Assembly: GCA_937983275.1 (NCBI GenBank)
Contig: CALKAI010000046.1
Location: 1,800-65,799, forward strand
Direction: 5' to 3'
Origin: an uncultured Trueperaceae bacterium
GTDB lineage: Bacteria > Deinococcota > Deinococci > Deinococcales > Trueperaceae
DNA: 64,000 nucleotides
Shown: one piece after another, positions 46,501-54,824 of the stretch
Layout: each line of letters opens with the position of its first letter
Numbering within the stretch: position 1 is the stretch's first letter
The notes under the pieces: generated by a model
Told to the model about the DNA's origin: nothing
What the model saw: the letters and a program-made list of their open reading frames with translations, nothing else
Databases searched by the model: none
Made by a program: the position numbers and the translations under genes

Positions 46501-47020
46501 CACGGTCCAGTCGGTCATTGGTCTCTTGCCGCTGGAGGAGGGCACTTTCGAGCGTTTCTACCTGGAGGATGCGCTGCTTAGCGGCGAGCACACCACCGGC
46601 GACTCGTTCGATCCGGATCTGGTCACGAGGGTGATTCCTGCCGTGAATGGCGCCTTGCGGGAGCAGCTGCTGGAGGAGCCGGCTGCGGGCGGCGATCCGG
46701 GGGCGACGGCAGGCGCCGAGTACCGGATTGGCGGGGAGCCGTCGGTGGAGTTCAGCGAGGTGCTGAATTTCCTGCACGAGCTGCTGCAGTCCGAGGAGGG
46801 CACGGAGCTTCTCGGGGTCAACCGCTGGGAAGGGGAGGAGTACTTCGACCGGGATGCCTACCGGCTGCTGGCCAGCTCCTACCTGTTCGCCCTGGCGGCC
46901 ATCCGCGGCTCATCCACCGGTGTGGTTACCGGTCTTGCCGACGTGCTGGAGGAGATCGCCGAATTCGAGGAGGGCAGCCAGTACCGCCTGGAGGCGCTGC
47001 GCGCCGGTCAGCGGCCGTAG
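43586..47020 (+). CDS. Very large (1144 aa) atypical alpha-amylase-family (GH13-like) protein with long N- and C-terminal extensions
   Basis: The central domain reads GFNGLWLIGIWERS. Region I is ASDMVPNHTG. Region II is VIRFDAAMTL. Region III is LLLAEAFWM. Region IV is the variant FMNNPDED. About 330 aa N-terminal and about 400 aa C-terminal carry no motif I recognise. Confidence 0.85.
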   Translation: MKIITLPYRLAGPVREFLLSREARERYGVHEDLLSLRGTLLVADMDAAQLLAHRVNSVRDVGRNPHSSVSPGEILAAGILHELQHLLVMRLREEDGTLLRVPLEQVAASLGESRLQSFLVRFVSNFPPRGVTGDEGALAYLQASTDGLEHSELAFEELLLLETARQNPALERLRELFTATPLFEPESREVMGRLLAGAREQDAGGDEEQVVQGARNLIELLEAPMRNSPTTLFGQLQYAREHWLPLLGEAGARLLELVLFGQDVLAEENKPTFLGPAPALEPFEEDDLVPSAELDERFSQDEPWMKELVLVAKSTYVWLDQLSRKYGREISSLDQIPGEELDELRARGFNGLWLIGIWERSDASRKIKQLRGQPEALASAYAINDYRIAPELGAEPALRELEKLAAQRGMRLASDMVPNHTGIDSRWIIEHPDWFMQLSESPFPGYSFDGPDLSSDPRVGIYLEDHYYDSSDAAVVFKRVDHESGEERYIYHGNDGTAMPWNDTAQLDYLNPRVREAVIDTIVSVAKRFPVIRFDAAMTLARRHVRRLWYPKPGEGGAIPSRARYGSMSDSQFDRAMPREFWREVVQAVEREAPGTLLLAEAFWMMEAYFVRHLGLHRVYNSAFMHMMKREATGEYRTLLKRILKLEPRILERFVNFMNNPDEDTAVLQFGKGDKYFGVATVMATMPGLPMFGHGQVEGLAEKYGMEFRRARRRERVDEELVERHERQLSPLLHRRAQFASVDGFELFDFEGQGGVDEEVLAYGTAGPVLVLFNNRFGETSGVVRNGAPKRRPDGSTGSIDLRSFLGPALEAAGGRDRAGDFIVCRDRVTDREYLYTWSQLQDGLPAHLGAYEHRVLDDFRWVADVDEELLRAVHARVGSRGVASLQGELERTRSEPVISAWDDFLSVPFLDVDASVGAYGDFLAAVRETEGEDESSSSSGARERFRALVHAATAFQYGPGQVQEAFERCALTVQSVIGLLPLEEGTFERFYLEDALLSGEHTTGDSFDPDLVTRVIPAVNGALREQLLEEPAAGGDPGATAGAEYRIGGEPSVEFSEVLNFLHELLQSEEGTELLGVNRWEGEEYFDRDAYRLLASSYLFALAAIRGSSTGVVTGLADVLEEIAEFEEGSQYRLEALRAGQRP

Positions 47021-47538
47021 GAGCCGGACAGGTCCCTGATGCGCCGGGCGCTCAGGTGGGTGAGGGCGAGCGCGAGGGCATCGGCGGTGTGTGAGCTGTC
47101 CGGCGCCGCCGTCAGCTTGAGGATGCCGCGCACCATGAAGGCGACCTGCTCCTTGGACGCCCGGCCGGTACCTACCAGCGTCTGCTTGACCTCCATGGGC
47201 CCGTACTCGAAGACGGGCACTCCCTGGCGTTCGGCCGCCAGCAGCGCGACACCCACGGCCTGGCCCACCTTGAACGAGGTATCCCGTTGCCGGTGGAAGA
47301 ACTGGCCTTCGAGGGCGATGGCGTCGGGCCTGTGGCTGGCGAGGAACTCCTCGACGCCGTCGTAGATGCGTGAGAGCCTGTCGGCGACGCGGGCCCGGCT
47401 GCTCGTGACGACGAGTTGGGCGGCCAGAAAGACCTGCTGGCGCCCCTCCTCCCGGACGGCGCCCAAGCCCAGGTTGGCGAGTCCGGGATCGATGCCTACG
47501 ACAGTAATTGGGGAGTGCTTTGGGGCCGTCACCACCAT
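47008..47538 (-). CDS. ruvC: Crossover junction endodeoxyribonuclease RuvC
   Basis: VVGIDPGLANLG, IALEGQFF and SHTADALALALTH carry the RuvC catalytic acidic residues. Its 3' end overlaps the convergent GH13 gene by 13 nt. Confidence 0.92.
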   Translation of the reverse strand: MVVTAPKHSPITVVGIDPGLANLGLGAVREEGRQQVFLAAQLVVTSSRARVADRLSRIYDGVEEFLASHRPDAIALEGQFFHRQRDTSFKVGQAVGVALLAAERQGVPVFEYGPMEVKQTLVGTGRASKEQVAFMVRGILKLTAAPDSSHTADALALALTHLSARRIRDLSGSYGR

Positions 47539-47587
47539 TTACTCTACCCCCGCGGCGCGGCCCCGGCCACTCCGGCTCCTTCGCCCC

Positions 47588-48928
47588 TCAATACTCCCGC
47601 AGGTACTGATCGAGTTCCCACTGGTGGACGCTTATCCGGTACTCCTCGTACTCGTGCGTCTTCGCGTCGATGAAGCTGTGGAAGGCGTGCTCGCCCAGCG
47701 CCTCGCGCATCGTCCGGCTGCGTGACAGGTTGCCTATCGCCTCCCGCAGGGTAGCCGGCAGGTCGCGAATCTTGTGCCGCTTGCGCTCCCGGGCGCTCAT
47801 TTCGAAGATGTTGCGGCTTATGGCCGGCGGGGGAGTGAGGTCGCGCTGCAGCCCGTCGATGCCGGCGGCGAGCATCGCCGCCAGGGCAAGGTAGGGGTTG
47901 CAGGAAGGGTCGGGCATGCGTAGCTCGCACCTGGTGCCCGCGCCGCGCCGGGCGGGGATGCGTATCATCGCGCTGCGGTTGGAGGCCGACCAGGCGATGT
48001 TTGTTGGCGCCTCATACCCCGGGGTGAGCCTCTTGTAGGAGTTCACCGTAGGATTCGTGAGGGCGACCATCGCCTGGGAGTGTTCGAGCAGCCCGGCTAT
48101 CCACTGGTGGGCGGTGCGGGACAACTCGTGCTCGCCGTCAGGATCGTAGAAGATGTTGTGGCCGTCCCTGAAGAGGGAGAGGTGGGTGTGCATGCCGGAA
48201 CCGGAGATGCCCGTCACCGGCTTGGGCATGAAGGTGGCATGCAGGCCGTGATTCATGGCTATTCGTTTGACGACGGTCCGGAAGGTGACGATGCTGTCGG
48301 CCGTCTGCAACGCGGGGGCGAAGCGGAAGTCGATCTCGTGCTGGCCTGGCGCAACCTCGTGGTGCGCCGCCTCAATCTCGAAGCCCATACCCACGAGGGC
48401 GGCCACCATGTCGCGGCGAGCGTCCTCGCCCCGGTCGATGGGAGCGAGATCGAAGTAGCCGGCCTTGTCGTTCGTGACCGTGGTGGGTGTGCCGTCGGCC
48501 TCCCGCTGGAACAGGAAGAACTCGGGCTCCGAGCCGACGAACATGTCGTCGAAGCCCAGTGCCTGCAGCCGGTCCAGTTGCCGCCTGAGCACGTAGCGCG
48601 GGTCGCCGGGAAAGGGTGAGTCGTCGGGATAGGCGATGTCACAGATCAGGCGCGCGATTCTCGCGCCCTCGCTGCCCTCGATGATCTCGGGAAAGATGAG
48701 GAAGGTCTGGAGGTCGGGCTTGAGGAGCATGTCCGACTCCTCGATGCGCGTGAAGCCCTGGACCGATGAACCGTCGAACATTATCCCGCCGTCCAGCGCC
48801 TTGTCGAACTGGGATTCGGGTACCTCGACGTTCTTCATCTGACCGAGTACGTCAGTGAACTGCAGGCGCAGGTAGCGCACCTTTTCATCACGCAGGATGG
48901 CACGGATATCGTCTGCTGTCTGAGCCAT
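47588..48928 (-). CDS. glnA: Glutamine synthetase type I (alpha-type; no NLYDLP adenylylation Tyr seen)
   Basis: VRYLRLQFTDVLGQMKNVEV, MFDGSSVQGF, the HHEVAPGQHEIDF-type region and GSGMHTHLS are present. The site equivalent to the adenylylation loop reads KIRDLP. Confidence 0.96.
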   Translation of the reverse strand: MAQTADDIRAILRDEKVRYLRLQFTDVLGQMKNVEVPESQFDKALDGGIMFDGSSVQGFTRIEESDMLLKPDLQTFLIFPEIIEGSEGARIARLICDIAYPDDSPFPGDPRYVLRRQLDRLQALGFDDMFVGSEPEFFLFQREADGTPTTVTNDKAGYFDLAPIDRGEDARRDMVAALVGMGFEIEAAHHEVAPGQHEIDFRFAPALQTADSIVTFRTVVKRIAMNHGLHATFMPKPVTGISGSGMHTHLSLFRDGHNIFYDPDGEHELSRTAHQWIAGLLEHSQAMVALTNPTVNSYKRLTPGYEAPTNIAWSASNRSAMIRIPARRGAGTRCELRMPDPSCNPYLALAAMLAAGIDGLQRDLTPPPAISRNIFEMSARERKRHKIRDLPATLREAIGNLSRSRTMREALGEHAFHSFIDAKTHEYEEYRISVHQWELDQYLREY

Positions 48929-49215
48929 GTACTCCTCCGGGCGAGCAGTTGACCAGCTTTGCCGGTGCAGTTGCTCGGGAATGGGCGAAGTCTACACCTA
49001 AACGGCCACGGATGTGAACCAACTGCACTGTCTGTGCGTGCACCGGTGCGCGAGTGGCCCTGTTCTGCCGCCTGATTGCGGGTATGCGAAGCCTGGCGGC
49101 TCCGGCAGTGCACTCTTCAACCGCAACTCCGGTGCAGCTTGCGCACGCCTGTAAGGGTTTGCGTGGAATGCGCATGAAAATCTTCGCGCAGGCGAACCGG
49201 GAGGCTCCCGATTCG

Positions 49216-49244
49216 TTGACAGTTACTGGTGCGCGTTTTATCCT
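49216..49244 (+). promoter_or_regulatory. Sigma-70-type promoter candidate for the Liv-type binding-protein gene
   Basis: TTGACA (49216-49221), a 17-nt spacer, then TATCCT (49239-49244). It lies about 77 nt upstream of the ATG at 49321, which is preceded by AGGAGG. Confidence 0.5.
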
Positions 49245-49320
49245 TGGTGTGCAGCACGTTACTTTTGACCCACACCGGCCGCCCCGCGGTCGCTGTGGGC
49301 ACATATCCTTAGGAGGACCT

Positions 49321-50577
49321 ATGAAGCATATTGTTGCAGCATTGGTTGCGCTCACCCTTACCTTCGCGGTGGCGCAGGATGCTCCGCCCGTAGCAAAGGT
49401 CGGCTTGCTCTTCGACTACACCGGGGCCCTGGCCGAGTTCGGGCCCAGCATGGAGAATGCTGCCGACCTCGCTGCAGAGCAGTTGAACAGCGCCGCACAG
49501 GCAGTGCTGGGCGGGCCCATCATCGAGCTGGTCGTCGAGGACGGTGCCACCAGCCCGTCCGTGGGTGTCGACCGCGCCCGCAAGATGATGGACACCGACC
49601 AGGTGGTCGCTATCGTGGGCGCCCTTTCGAGCGGCGTCACCACCACCGTGGCCGAGTCGGTCACAATCCCGGGCGAACTCATCCTGATGAGCCCGGCGAG
49701 CACCAGCCCCATCCTCTCCGTGCTGGAGGACAACGACTTCGTGTTCCGCACGGTCGCTTCTGACGCCACCCAGGGCATCGTGGGTGCGCAACTGGCGCGC
49801 GGCGAAATCTTCGATGATTACAGCCACGAGACCGCTTCCGTCATCTACGTGAACAACCCGTACGGGCAGGGTCTGGCCGAGTCCTTCCGGGCCGCCTTCG
49901 AAGCCCGCGGCGGCACCGTCCTGGCGATGGCCTCCCACCCGGACGAGCAGCAGCCCACCTACAGCTCACTGCTCGAGACCGTACTGGCCGACAATCCTGA
50001 CTTCGTGGTCGCGATCAGCTACCCTGGCCAGGCCTCCGTCTACATGCCGGAAGCCCGCGACCTCTACGACTTCACCAGCTGGCAGTTCGTTGACGGCACG
50101 AAGTCCGAAGAGCTGATCGAGGTCATGGGCGCCGAAGCCATGGAAGGCCTTTACGGCACCGTGCCCGGCTCGGACCCCGAGTGGGGCGGCGCGGAAGCCT
50201 TCTTTGCCGCCTACGAGGAGTCGTACGGCGAGGCTCCCGGCCTCCCGTTCATCGACACCTCCTACGACGCCGTCTCGGTAATTGGCCTCGCGATCGCCAA
50301 GACGATCATCGATGGTGATGAGCTCACCAGCGCCAACGTCCGCGACAACCTGCGTGAGGTCTCCTCGCCCGGCCCCGAGGTCATCTCGGTCGGCGACTTC
50401 GAGCGTGCCCTCCAGCTCCTCCAGGATGGCGAGAGCATCGACTTCAGCGGTGCCGCCGGCGCCGTCGATTTCGACGAGGTTGGCGACGTGATCACGCCCA
50501 TCGTCATATTCGAGTACACGGGCGGCGAAGTACTGGACATCCACGTCCGGTCCGCCGACGAGATTCCGGCAGAGTAA
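49321..50577 (+). CDS. Branched-chain amino acid (Liv-type, family 4) ABC substrate-binding protein, copy 1
   Basis: The ATG lies 6 nt after AGGAGG. The signal peptide is MKHIVAALVALTLTFAVAQ. KVGLLFDYTGALAEFG...IVGALSSGVT is a LivK-type periplasmic binding fold pattern. Confidence 0.9.
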   Translation: MKHIVAALVALTLTFAVAQDAPPVAKVGLLFDYTGALAEFGPSMENAADLAAEQLNSAAQAVLGGPIIELVVEDGATSPSVGVDRARKMMDTDQVVAIVGALSSGVTTTVAESVTIPGELILMSPASTSPILSVLEDNDFVFRTVASDATQGIVGAQLARGEIFDDYSHETASVIYVNNPYGQGLAESFRAAFEARGGTVLAMASHPDEQQPTYSSLLETVLADNPDFVVAISYPGQASVYMPEARDLYDFTSWQFVDGTKSEELIEVMGAEAMEGLYGTVPGSDPEWGGAEAFFAAYEESYGEAPGLPFIDTSYDAVSVIGLAIAKTIIDGDELTSANVRDNLREVSSPGPEVISVGDFERALQLLQDGESIDFSGAAGAVDFDEVGDVITPIVIFEYTGGEVLDIHVRSADEIPAE

Positions 50578-50585
50578 AGCATTGC

Positions 50586-50622
50586 GCCCGGCGCAGCACC
50601 CGCCAAGCGGGTAGCGCCGGGC
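50586..50622. terminator. GC-rich compound hairpin between convergent genes
   Basis: GCCCGGCGC...(inner CCCGC-caa-GCGGG)...GCGCCGGGC, followed by AAAAAG. Confidence 0.45.
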
Positions 50623-50640
50623 AAAAAGTAACTGCTGTAG

Positions 50641-50681
50641 ATGGGGTTGGGGAGATCGCGATGCGATCTCCCCAACCCCAT
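50641..50681. terminator. Perfect 19-bp inverted repeat hairpin (probable terminator of the + strand binding-protein gene)
   Basis: ATGGGGTTGGGGAGATCGC-gat-GCGATCTCCCCAACCCCAT, followed by ACTTTTGG. Confidence 0.6.
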
Positions 50682-50785
50682 ACTTTTGGCCAGGCAAACC
50701 TGCGCAGGGATCAGAAAGAAGAGTGGCCGGCGTCGTGCCGGCCACTCGTGGTGTTCTATGCCTTTAGGGTCCGTCGTGCGCGGGA

Positions 50786-51976
50786 CTAGCCCGGTTGGGA
50801 CACGTACTTCTCCTCGGGTATGACCCCCTTGGGCCGGTAGAGGAGGATCAGCAGGAGCAGGAGGCCCACCAGCAGGTAGCGCAGGTAGGGGCCGCGCGCG
50901 GGCAGGTCGCTGGAGATGGCCGCCAGGGCCGGACGCGCCAGGTCGATGATGAAGGTCGTTCCGGTCCACACGCCCCAGATGAGGAACGCGCCCAGGATGG
51001 CACCGCGGTTGTTGCCGCTGCCGCCCAGCATGAGCATCACCCACACCAGGAAGGTGGCGTAGAGCGGGTCGAAGTGGCTGTAGTCGATGGAGACCATGTA
51101 GTGGGCGTAGAGCGAGCCGCCCATGCCCATGATGATGGCGCCAAGGATGAACGACTGCATGCGGAACGCGGCGACGTTCTTGCCGCTCATCGCGACGGAG
51201 CTCTCCTCCTCGCGTATCGCCCGCAGCACGCGGCCCCAGGGCGAGCGGATCGCCCGTTCGAGGACGATGTAGACGACCAGCACGACCAGCGAGGCGATGA
51301 AGAGGTAGACGAAGGTGTAGTCGCGGGCGGTAAATCCGTCGAACAGGCCGGCGATGGGGCCGGGCAGCCAGGAGCACACCGGGTTCTCCACGAGGCAGTG
51401 AAGGGGCTGAGGAATGCCGCGCATCGGCTGCGGCCCGTTTGCCAGCCACCGCTCGTTCTGGAAGACGAGCCGCGTGACCTCGGCAATGCCGATGGTGGCG
51501 ATGGCCAGGTAATCCTCGCGCAGGCGCAGTGTGGGGCCGGCGATGAGCAGCGCCAGGAGTCCGGAGACGATCCCGGCGGCGATGAGCCCGACCAGGAAGG
51601 GCGCGCCGAAGCCGAACAGCTGCTGGGAGAAGGCGGCCAGGGCGCCGCTGGGCGGGGCGGTGGTGAAGAGGGCGCTGGTAAAGGCACCGACCGCAAAGAA
51701 GGCTGCGATACCGATGTTGAACAGGCCCGTATAGCCCCACTGCACGTTCAGTCCCAGCGTGAGCACGGCGTAGATGGACGCCATGATCACGAAGGAGACG
51801 AGGTAGGACATGATGCCGGAAGGCACCCAGAGCACCGCCGCCAGGGCGACGCCGAATCCGGCCACTATTCCCAGCAGGATGCGGGGGAGGAGGGGGAGCG
51901 AGCGCAGGAGCTGGGTCGCCAGGAACGCCACCGGGACGGTGAGCAGGAAGGCTTTGACAAGTGTCGTCGTGGTCAT
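50786..51976 (-). CDS. Branched-chain amino acid ABC transporter permease (LivM type)
   Basis: The 396-aa polytopic protein contains LTLGLNVQWGYTGLFNIGIAAFFAVGAF, a LivM hallmark. Confidence 0.9.
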   Translation of the reverse strand: MTTTTLVKAFLLTVPVAFLATQLLRSLPLLPRILLGIVAGFGVALAAVLWVPSGIMSYLVSFVIMASIYAVLTLGLNVQWGYTGLFNIGIAAFFAVGAFTSALFTTAPPSGALAAFSQQLFGFGAPFLVGLIAAGIVSGLLALLIAGPTLRLREDYLAIATIGIAEVTRLVFQNERWLANGPQPMRGIPQPLHCLVENPVCSWLPGPIAGLFDGFTARDYTFVYLFIASLVVLVVYIVLERAIRSPWGRVLRAIREEESSVAMSGKNVAAFRMQSFILGAIIMGMGGSLYAHYMVSIDYSHFDPLYATFLVWVMLMLGGSGNNRGAILGAFLIWGVWTGTTFIIDLARPALAAISSDLPARGPYLRYLLVGLLLLLILLYRPKGVIPEEKYVSQPG

Positions 51977-51980
51977 CCGA

Positions 51981-53045
51981 TCACCGCGGCTTTCCGAAGA
52001 TGCCCTCTGGCCTGAAGAGGAGGACGAGAATCATCACCAGGAATGCGACCCCGGGCCCGTACGCCGGATCGAGGAACGCACTGGACGTTTGCCAGACGAT
52101 GCCTATCACCAGGGCGCCAACCAGGGCGCCGTAAGGATTGCCGATAGTCCCCAGGATCACCGAGGCGAAGAGGGGGAGGAGCAGCAGCCAGCCCATCTCG
52201 GGTCGCAGCTGGGAGTCGAGGCCGTACATGACTCCGCCTGCAGCGGCGAGTGCGCCGCCGATGATCCAGGTCCACATGACCACGCGTTCGGTGTCGATGC
52301 CGGTCACCCTGGCCAGGTCGGGATTGTCGGCGGTGGCGCGCATCGCCTTGCCCATCTTCGTGTGCTCGAGGAGCAGGTAGACGAGGAATATCAGGAACAG
52401 CGCCAGGCCCAGGATGAAGAGCTGGTCGGGACGCACCCGGATCCCCGCGAACAGCTCGATGGAGGGACGCGGCCGGCCCCGGTAGAAGAAGGTGAAGTCC
52501 GCACCCCAGCCCAGGTAGACGAGGCTTCTGATGATCAGGGCGACCCCGATCGAGGACATCGCGAAGATGATGGAGGCGCTCTTGCGGTTTCGCAGACGCG
52601 TGAACACCATCCGGTCGACGAGATAGCCCACTACCCCGACGACAGCCATGGAGCCCACCATCGCTATGAGGAACTCGTAGCCGAACGAGAACGGCCCTAT
52701 GGGGTTGCCCATGGGCATGAAGCCGACGAACAGCAGGCCCAGGTAGGCGCCGCCGGTCATGAGGTCGCCGTGCGCGAAGTTGGGGATGCGCAGGACGCCG
52801 AAGATGAGGGTCAGGCCAATCGCCCCGAGGGAGAGAATGCCGCCCAGCATCACCCCACGCACGGTCAGGGACAGCAGGCGGTTGCCGGTCACGCCCTGGG
52901 CGTTGGCCACCAGTATCAGCGCCAGGATGACCAGCAACAGGATCACGACCCCGGCGGTGCGCGACCCGAGGATCCTCTTGATGCGCTCGCCTGGCCGCAG
53001 CTGAGTTGCGGGTGCAGGCGGAGTATTGCTTACCGACTGGTTCAT
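51981..53045 (-). CDS. Branched-chain amino acid ABC transporter permease (LivH type)
   Basis: LGAIGLTLIFGVLRIPNFAHGDLMTGGAY is a LivH hallmark. The gene overlaps livF by 4 nt. Confidence 0.9.
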   Translation of the reverse strand: MNQSVSNTPPAPATQLRPGERIKRILGSRTAGVVILLLVILALILVANAQGVTGNRLLSLTVRGVMLGGILSLGAIGLTLIFGVLRIPNFAHGDLMTGGAYLGLLFVGFMPMGNPIGPFSFGYEFLIAMVGSMAVVGVVGYLVDRMVFTRLRNRKSASIIFAMSSIGVALIIRSLVYLGWGADFTFFYRGRPRPSIELFAGIRVRPDQLFILGLALFLIFLVYLLLEHTKMGKAMRATADNPDLARVTGIDTERVVMWTWIIGGALAAAGGVMYGLDSQLRPEMGWLLLLPLFASVILGTIGNPYGALVGALVIGIVWQTSSAFLDPAYGPGVAFLVMILVLLFRPEGIFGKPR

Positions 53046-53779
53046 GACGCGGCGCTCACCACCTCACCGCCCAGGTAGAGCCGGGCGACCTCCGGGTCGT
53101 CGAGCAGCTCGGTTCCCGGGCCGTCGACCTGATTCATGCCGCTCGCCAGCACGTAACCCCTGTGGGCGAGCTCCAGCGACTTGCGGGCGTTCTGTTCCAC
53201 CATCAGGATTGCGACTCCACTGTCATTGATCTGTCTGATCACCTCGAAGATCTGGTCGACGATGAGCGGAGCAAGGCCGGCCGAGGGCTCGTCGAGCAGG
53301 ATCATCTTCGGATCGAGCATCAGGGCACGGCCCATCGCGACCATTTGCCGCTCCCCGCCGGACATCTTTCCTGCGCGCTGGCGACGCCGCTCGGCGAGCC
53401 TGGGGAAGATGTCGTAGATCTTCTCCTTGCGCTCCTTCAGCGGGCCGCTCATCACGAACGCGCCCATCTCGAGGTTTTCTTCCACGGTGAGTGTCGGGAA
53501 TACATTATCCACTTGCGGGACAAGACACATCCCTTCGCGCACGATGCGGTCGGGCGAGAAGCCGGAGATGTCGGTGCCATCAAAGGTTATCGAGCCCTGC
53601 CAGGGAGCGAGCAGACCGAAGACCGTCTTCATCACGGTCGACTTGCCGGCACCGTTCGGGCCTATGATCGACACGATCTCATTCTCTGCCACTTCCAGGG
53701 TTACGTCGCGGAGGACCTCCATCTCGCCGTAACCGGTCGTTATCGAATCAACCTTCAGCAGCTGCATACTGCCCTCCAA
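53042..53779 (-). CDS. Branched-chain amino acid ABC transporter ATP-binding protein (LivF type)
   Basis: Walker A GPNGAGKST, signature MSGGERQMVAMGRAL and Walker B ILLDEPSAGLAP are present. The start may instead be the ATG at 53767. Confidence 0.92.
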   Translation of the reverse strand: MEGSMQLLKVDSITTGYGEMEVLRDVTLEVAENEIVSIIGPNGAGKSTVMKTVFGLLAPWQGSITFDGTDISGFSPDRIVREGMCLVPQVDNVFPTLTVEENLEMGAFVMSGPLKERKEKIYDIFPRLAERRRQRAGKMSGGERQMVAMGRALMLDPKMILLDEPSAGLAPLIVDQIFEVIRQINDSGVAILMVEQNARKSLELAHRGYVLASGMNQVDGPGTELLDDPEVARLYLGGEVVSAAS

Positions 53780-54566
53780 GGTAGGCCTCGAGCACCAGCG
53801 GGTTGGTGCGGACCGATTCGGGTGGGCCGTAGGCCAGGCGTGTCCCCTGGTTCATGACGACCACCGGGTTGCACAGGCCCATGACGAGGTTCATGTCGTG
53901 CTCGATGAGCAGGAAGGTGATCCCCATCTCGTCCCTGAGCTGGTCGATCTTCTCGCGGATCTTCCCCATGAGCGTCGGGTTGACCCCGGCGGCGGGCTCG
54001 TCGAGAAGCACCAGCTCGGGCTTTGCCATCAGGGTGCGGGCCAGCTCCAGCAGCTTCTTCTGGCCGCCGGACAGGTTGCCCGCGAACTCCTCGGCCACAT
54101 GCGTGAGGTCAAGAAAATCGAGGACCTCCATCGCCTGCCGCCTGATGTCCCGCTCCTGATTGCGTACCGCCCCAGGCCGCAGCAGCGGGTTCCAGATCCG
54201 TTCGCCCAGCTGGTTCGCAGGTACCAGCATCAGGTTCTCCACGACGGTCATGCTCTTGTGTTCCCTGGGGATCTGAAAGGTCCGTGACAGGCCGTGTCTG
54301 AAGATCACATGCGGCGCCAGACCCGTAATGTCCTTGCCCTTGAAGTAGACGCGGCCCGTGTCCGGACGATGAAATCCGGAGATGAGGCCAAACATGGTCG
54401 TCTTCCCAGCACCGTTGGGACCGATCAGGCCTGTTATGGTTCCGCGCCGGACCTCGAATGAACAATCGTTTACGGCCTTGAGGCCACCGAAGCTCTTGCC
54501 GAGCGACTGCACGCTCAACAACACCTCAGCACCTGGAGCCGTACTGTTAACCGCTTCCAAACCCAT
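53748..54566 (-). CDS. Branched-chain amino acid ABC transporter ATP-binding protein (LivG type)
   Basis: Walker A GPNGAGKTT, signature LSGGQKKLLELARTL and Walker B VLLDEPAAGVNP are present. I prefer the ATG at 54566. Confidence 0.92.
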   Translation of the reverse strand: MGLEAVNSTAPGAEVLLSVQSLGKSFGGLKAVNDCSFEVRRGTITGLIGPNGAGKTTMFGLISGFHRPDTGRVYFKGKDITGLAPHVIFRHGLSRTFQIPREHKSMTVVENLMLVPANQLGERIWNPLLRPGAVRNQERDIRRQAMEVLDFLDLTHVAEEFAGNLSGGQKKLLELARTLMAKPELVLLDEPAAGVNPTLMGKIREKIDQLRDEMGITFLLIEHDMNLVMGLCNPVVVMNQGTRLAYGPPESVRTNPLVLEAYLGGQYAAAEG

Positions 54567-54824
54567 ATGCGCAGCCTTTCCTATCCCTCGCAGGTGGACA
54601 AATATTGGTGCTGGCGCAAATTGTAACACGGTATTTTCGGTGCCCCCCCGCTGCCGGTATGTCTGTACATGAGACTCAGAAAATGGTTATGCTTCCCACA
54701 AACAAAAATTTCAGCTCGCCCTGCGCGTGAGAAAGGGGGATTTGCAGCCTCTCGCTCCGAATAGATACCGATACCGGTACTTGCATGTTCTTCTTCAGCA
54801 GAAACAAGAATGAGGTGTAGAAGT

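Noticed and set aside
47008-47020. 13-nt overlap of the convergent GH13 and ruvC 3' ends as a possible annotation or frameshift artefact
   Set aside because: Both proteins end after complete, recognisable C-terminal regions. Short convergent overlaps are common in compact GC-rich genomes.
48929-49100. Glutamine (glnA-motif) riboswitch in the glnA leader
   Set aside because: Only a vague GGTTCACATCCG resemblance was seen on the minus strand. I cannot reconstruct the conserved three-stem/E-loop architecture by eye. A covariance-model scan would be needed.
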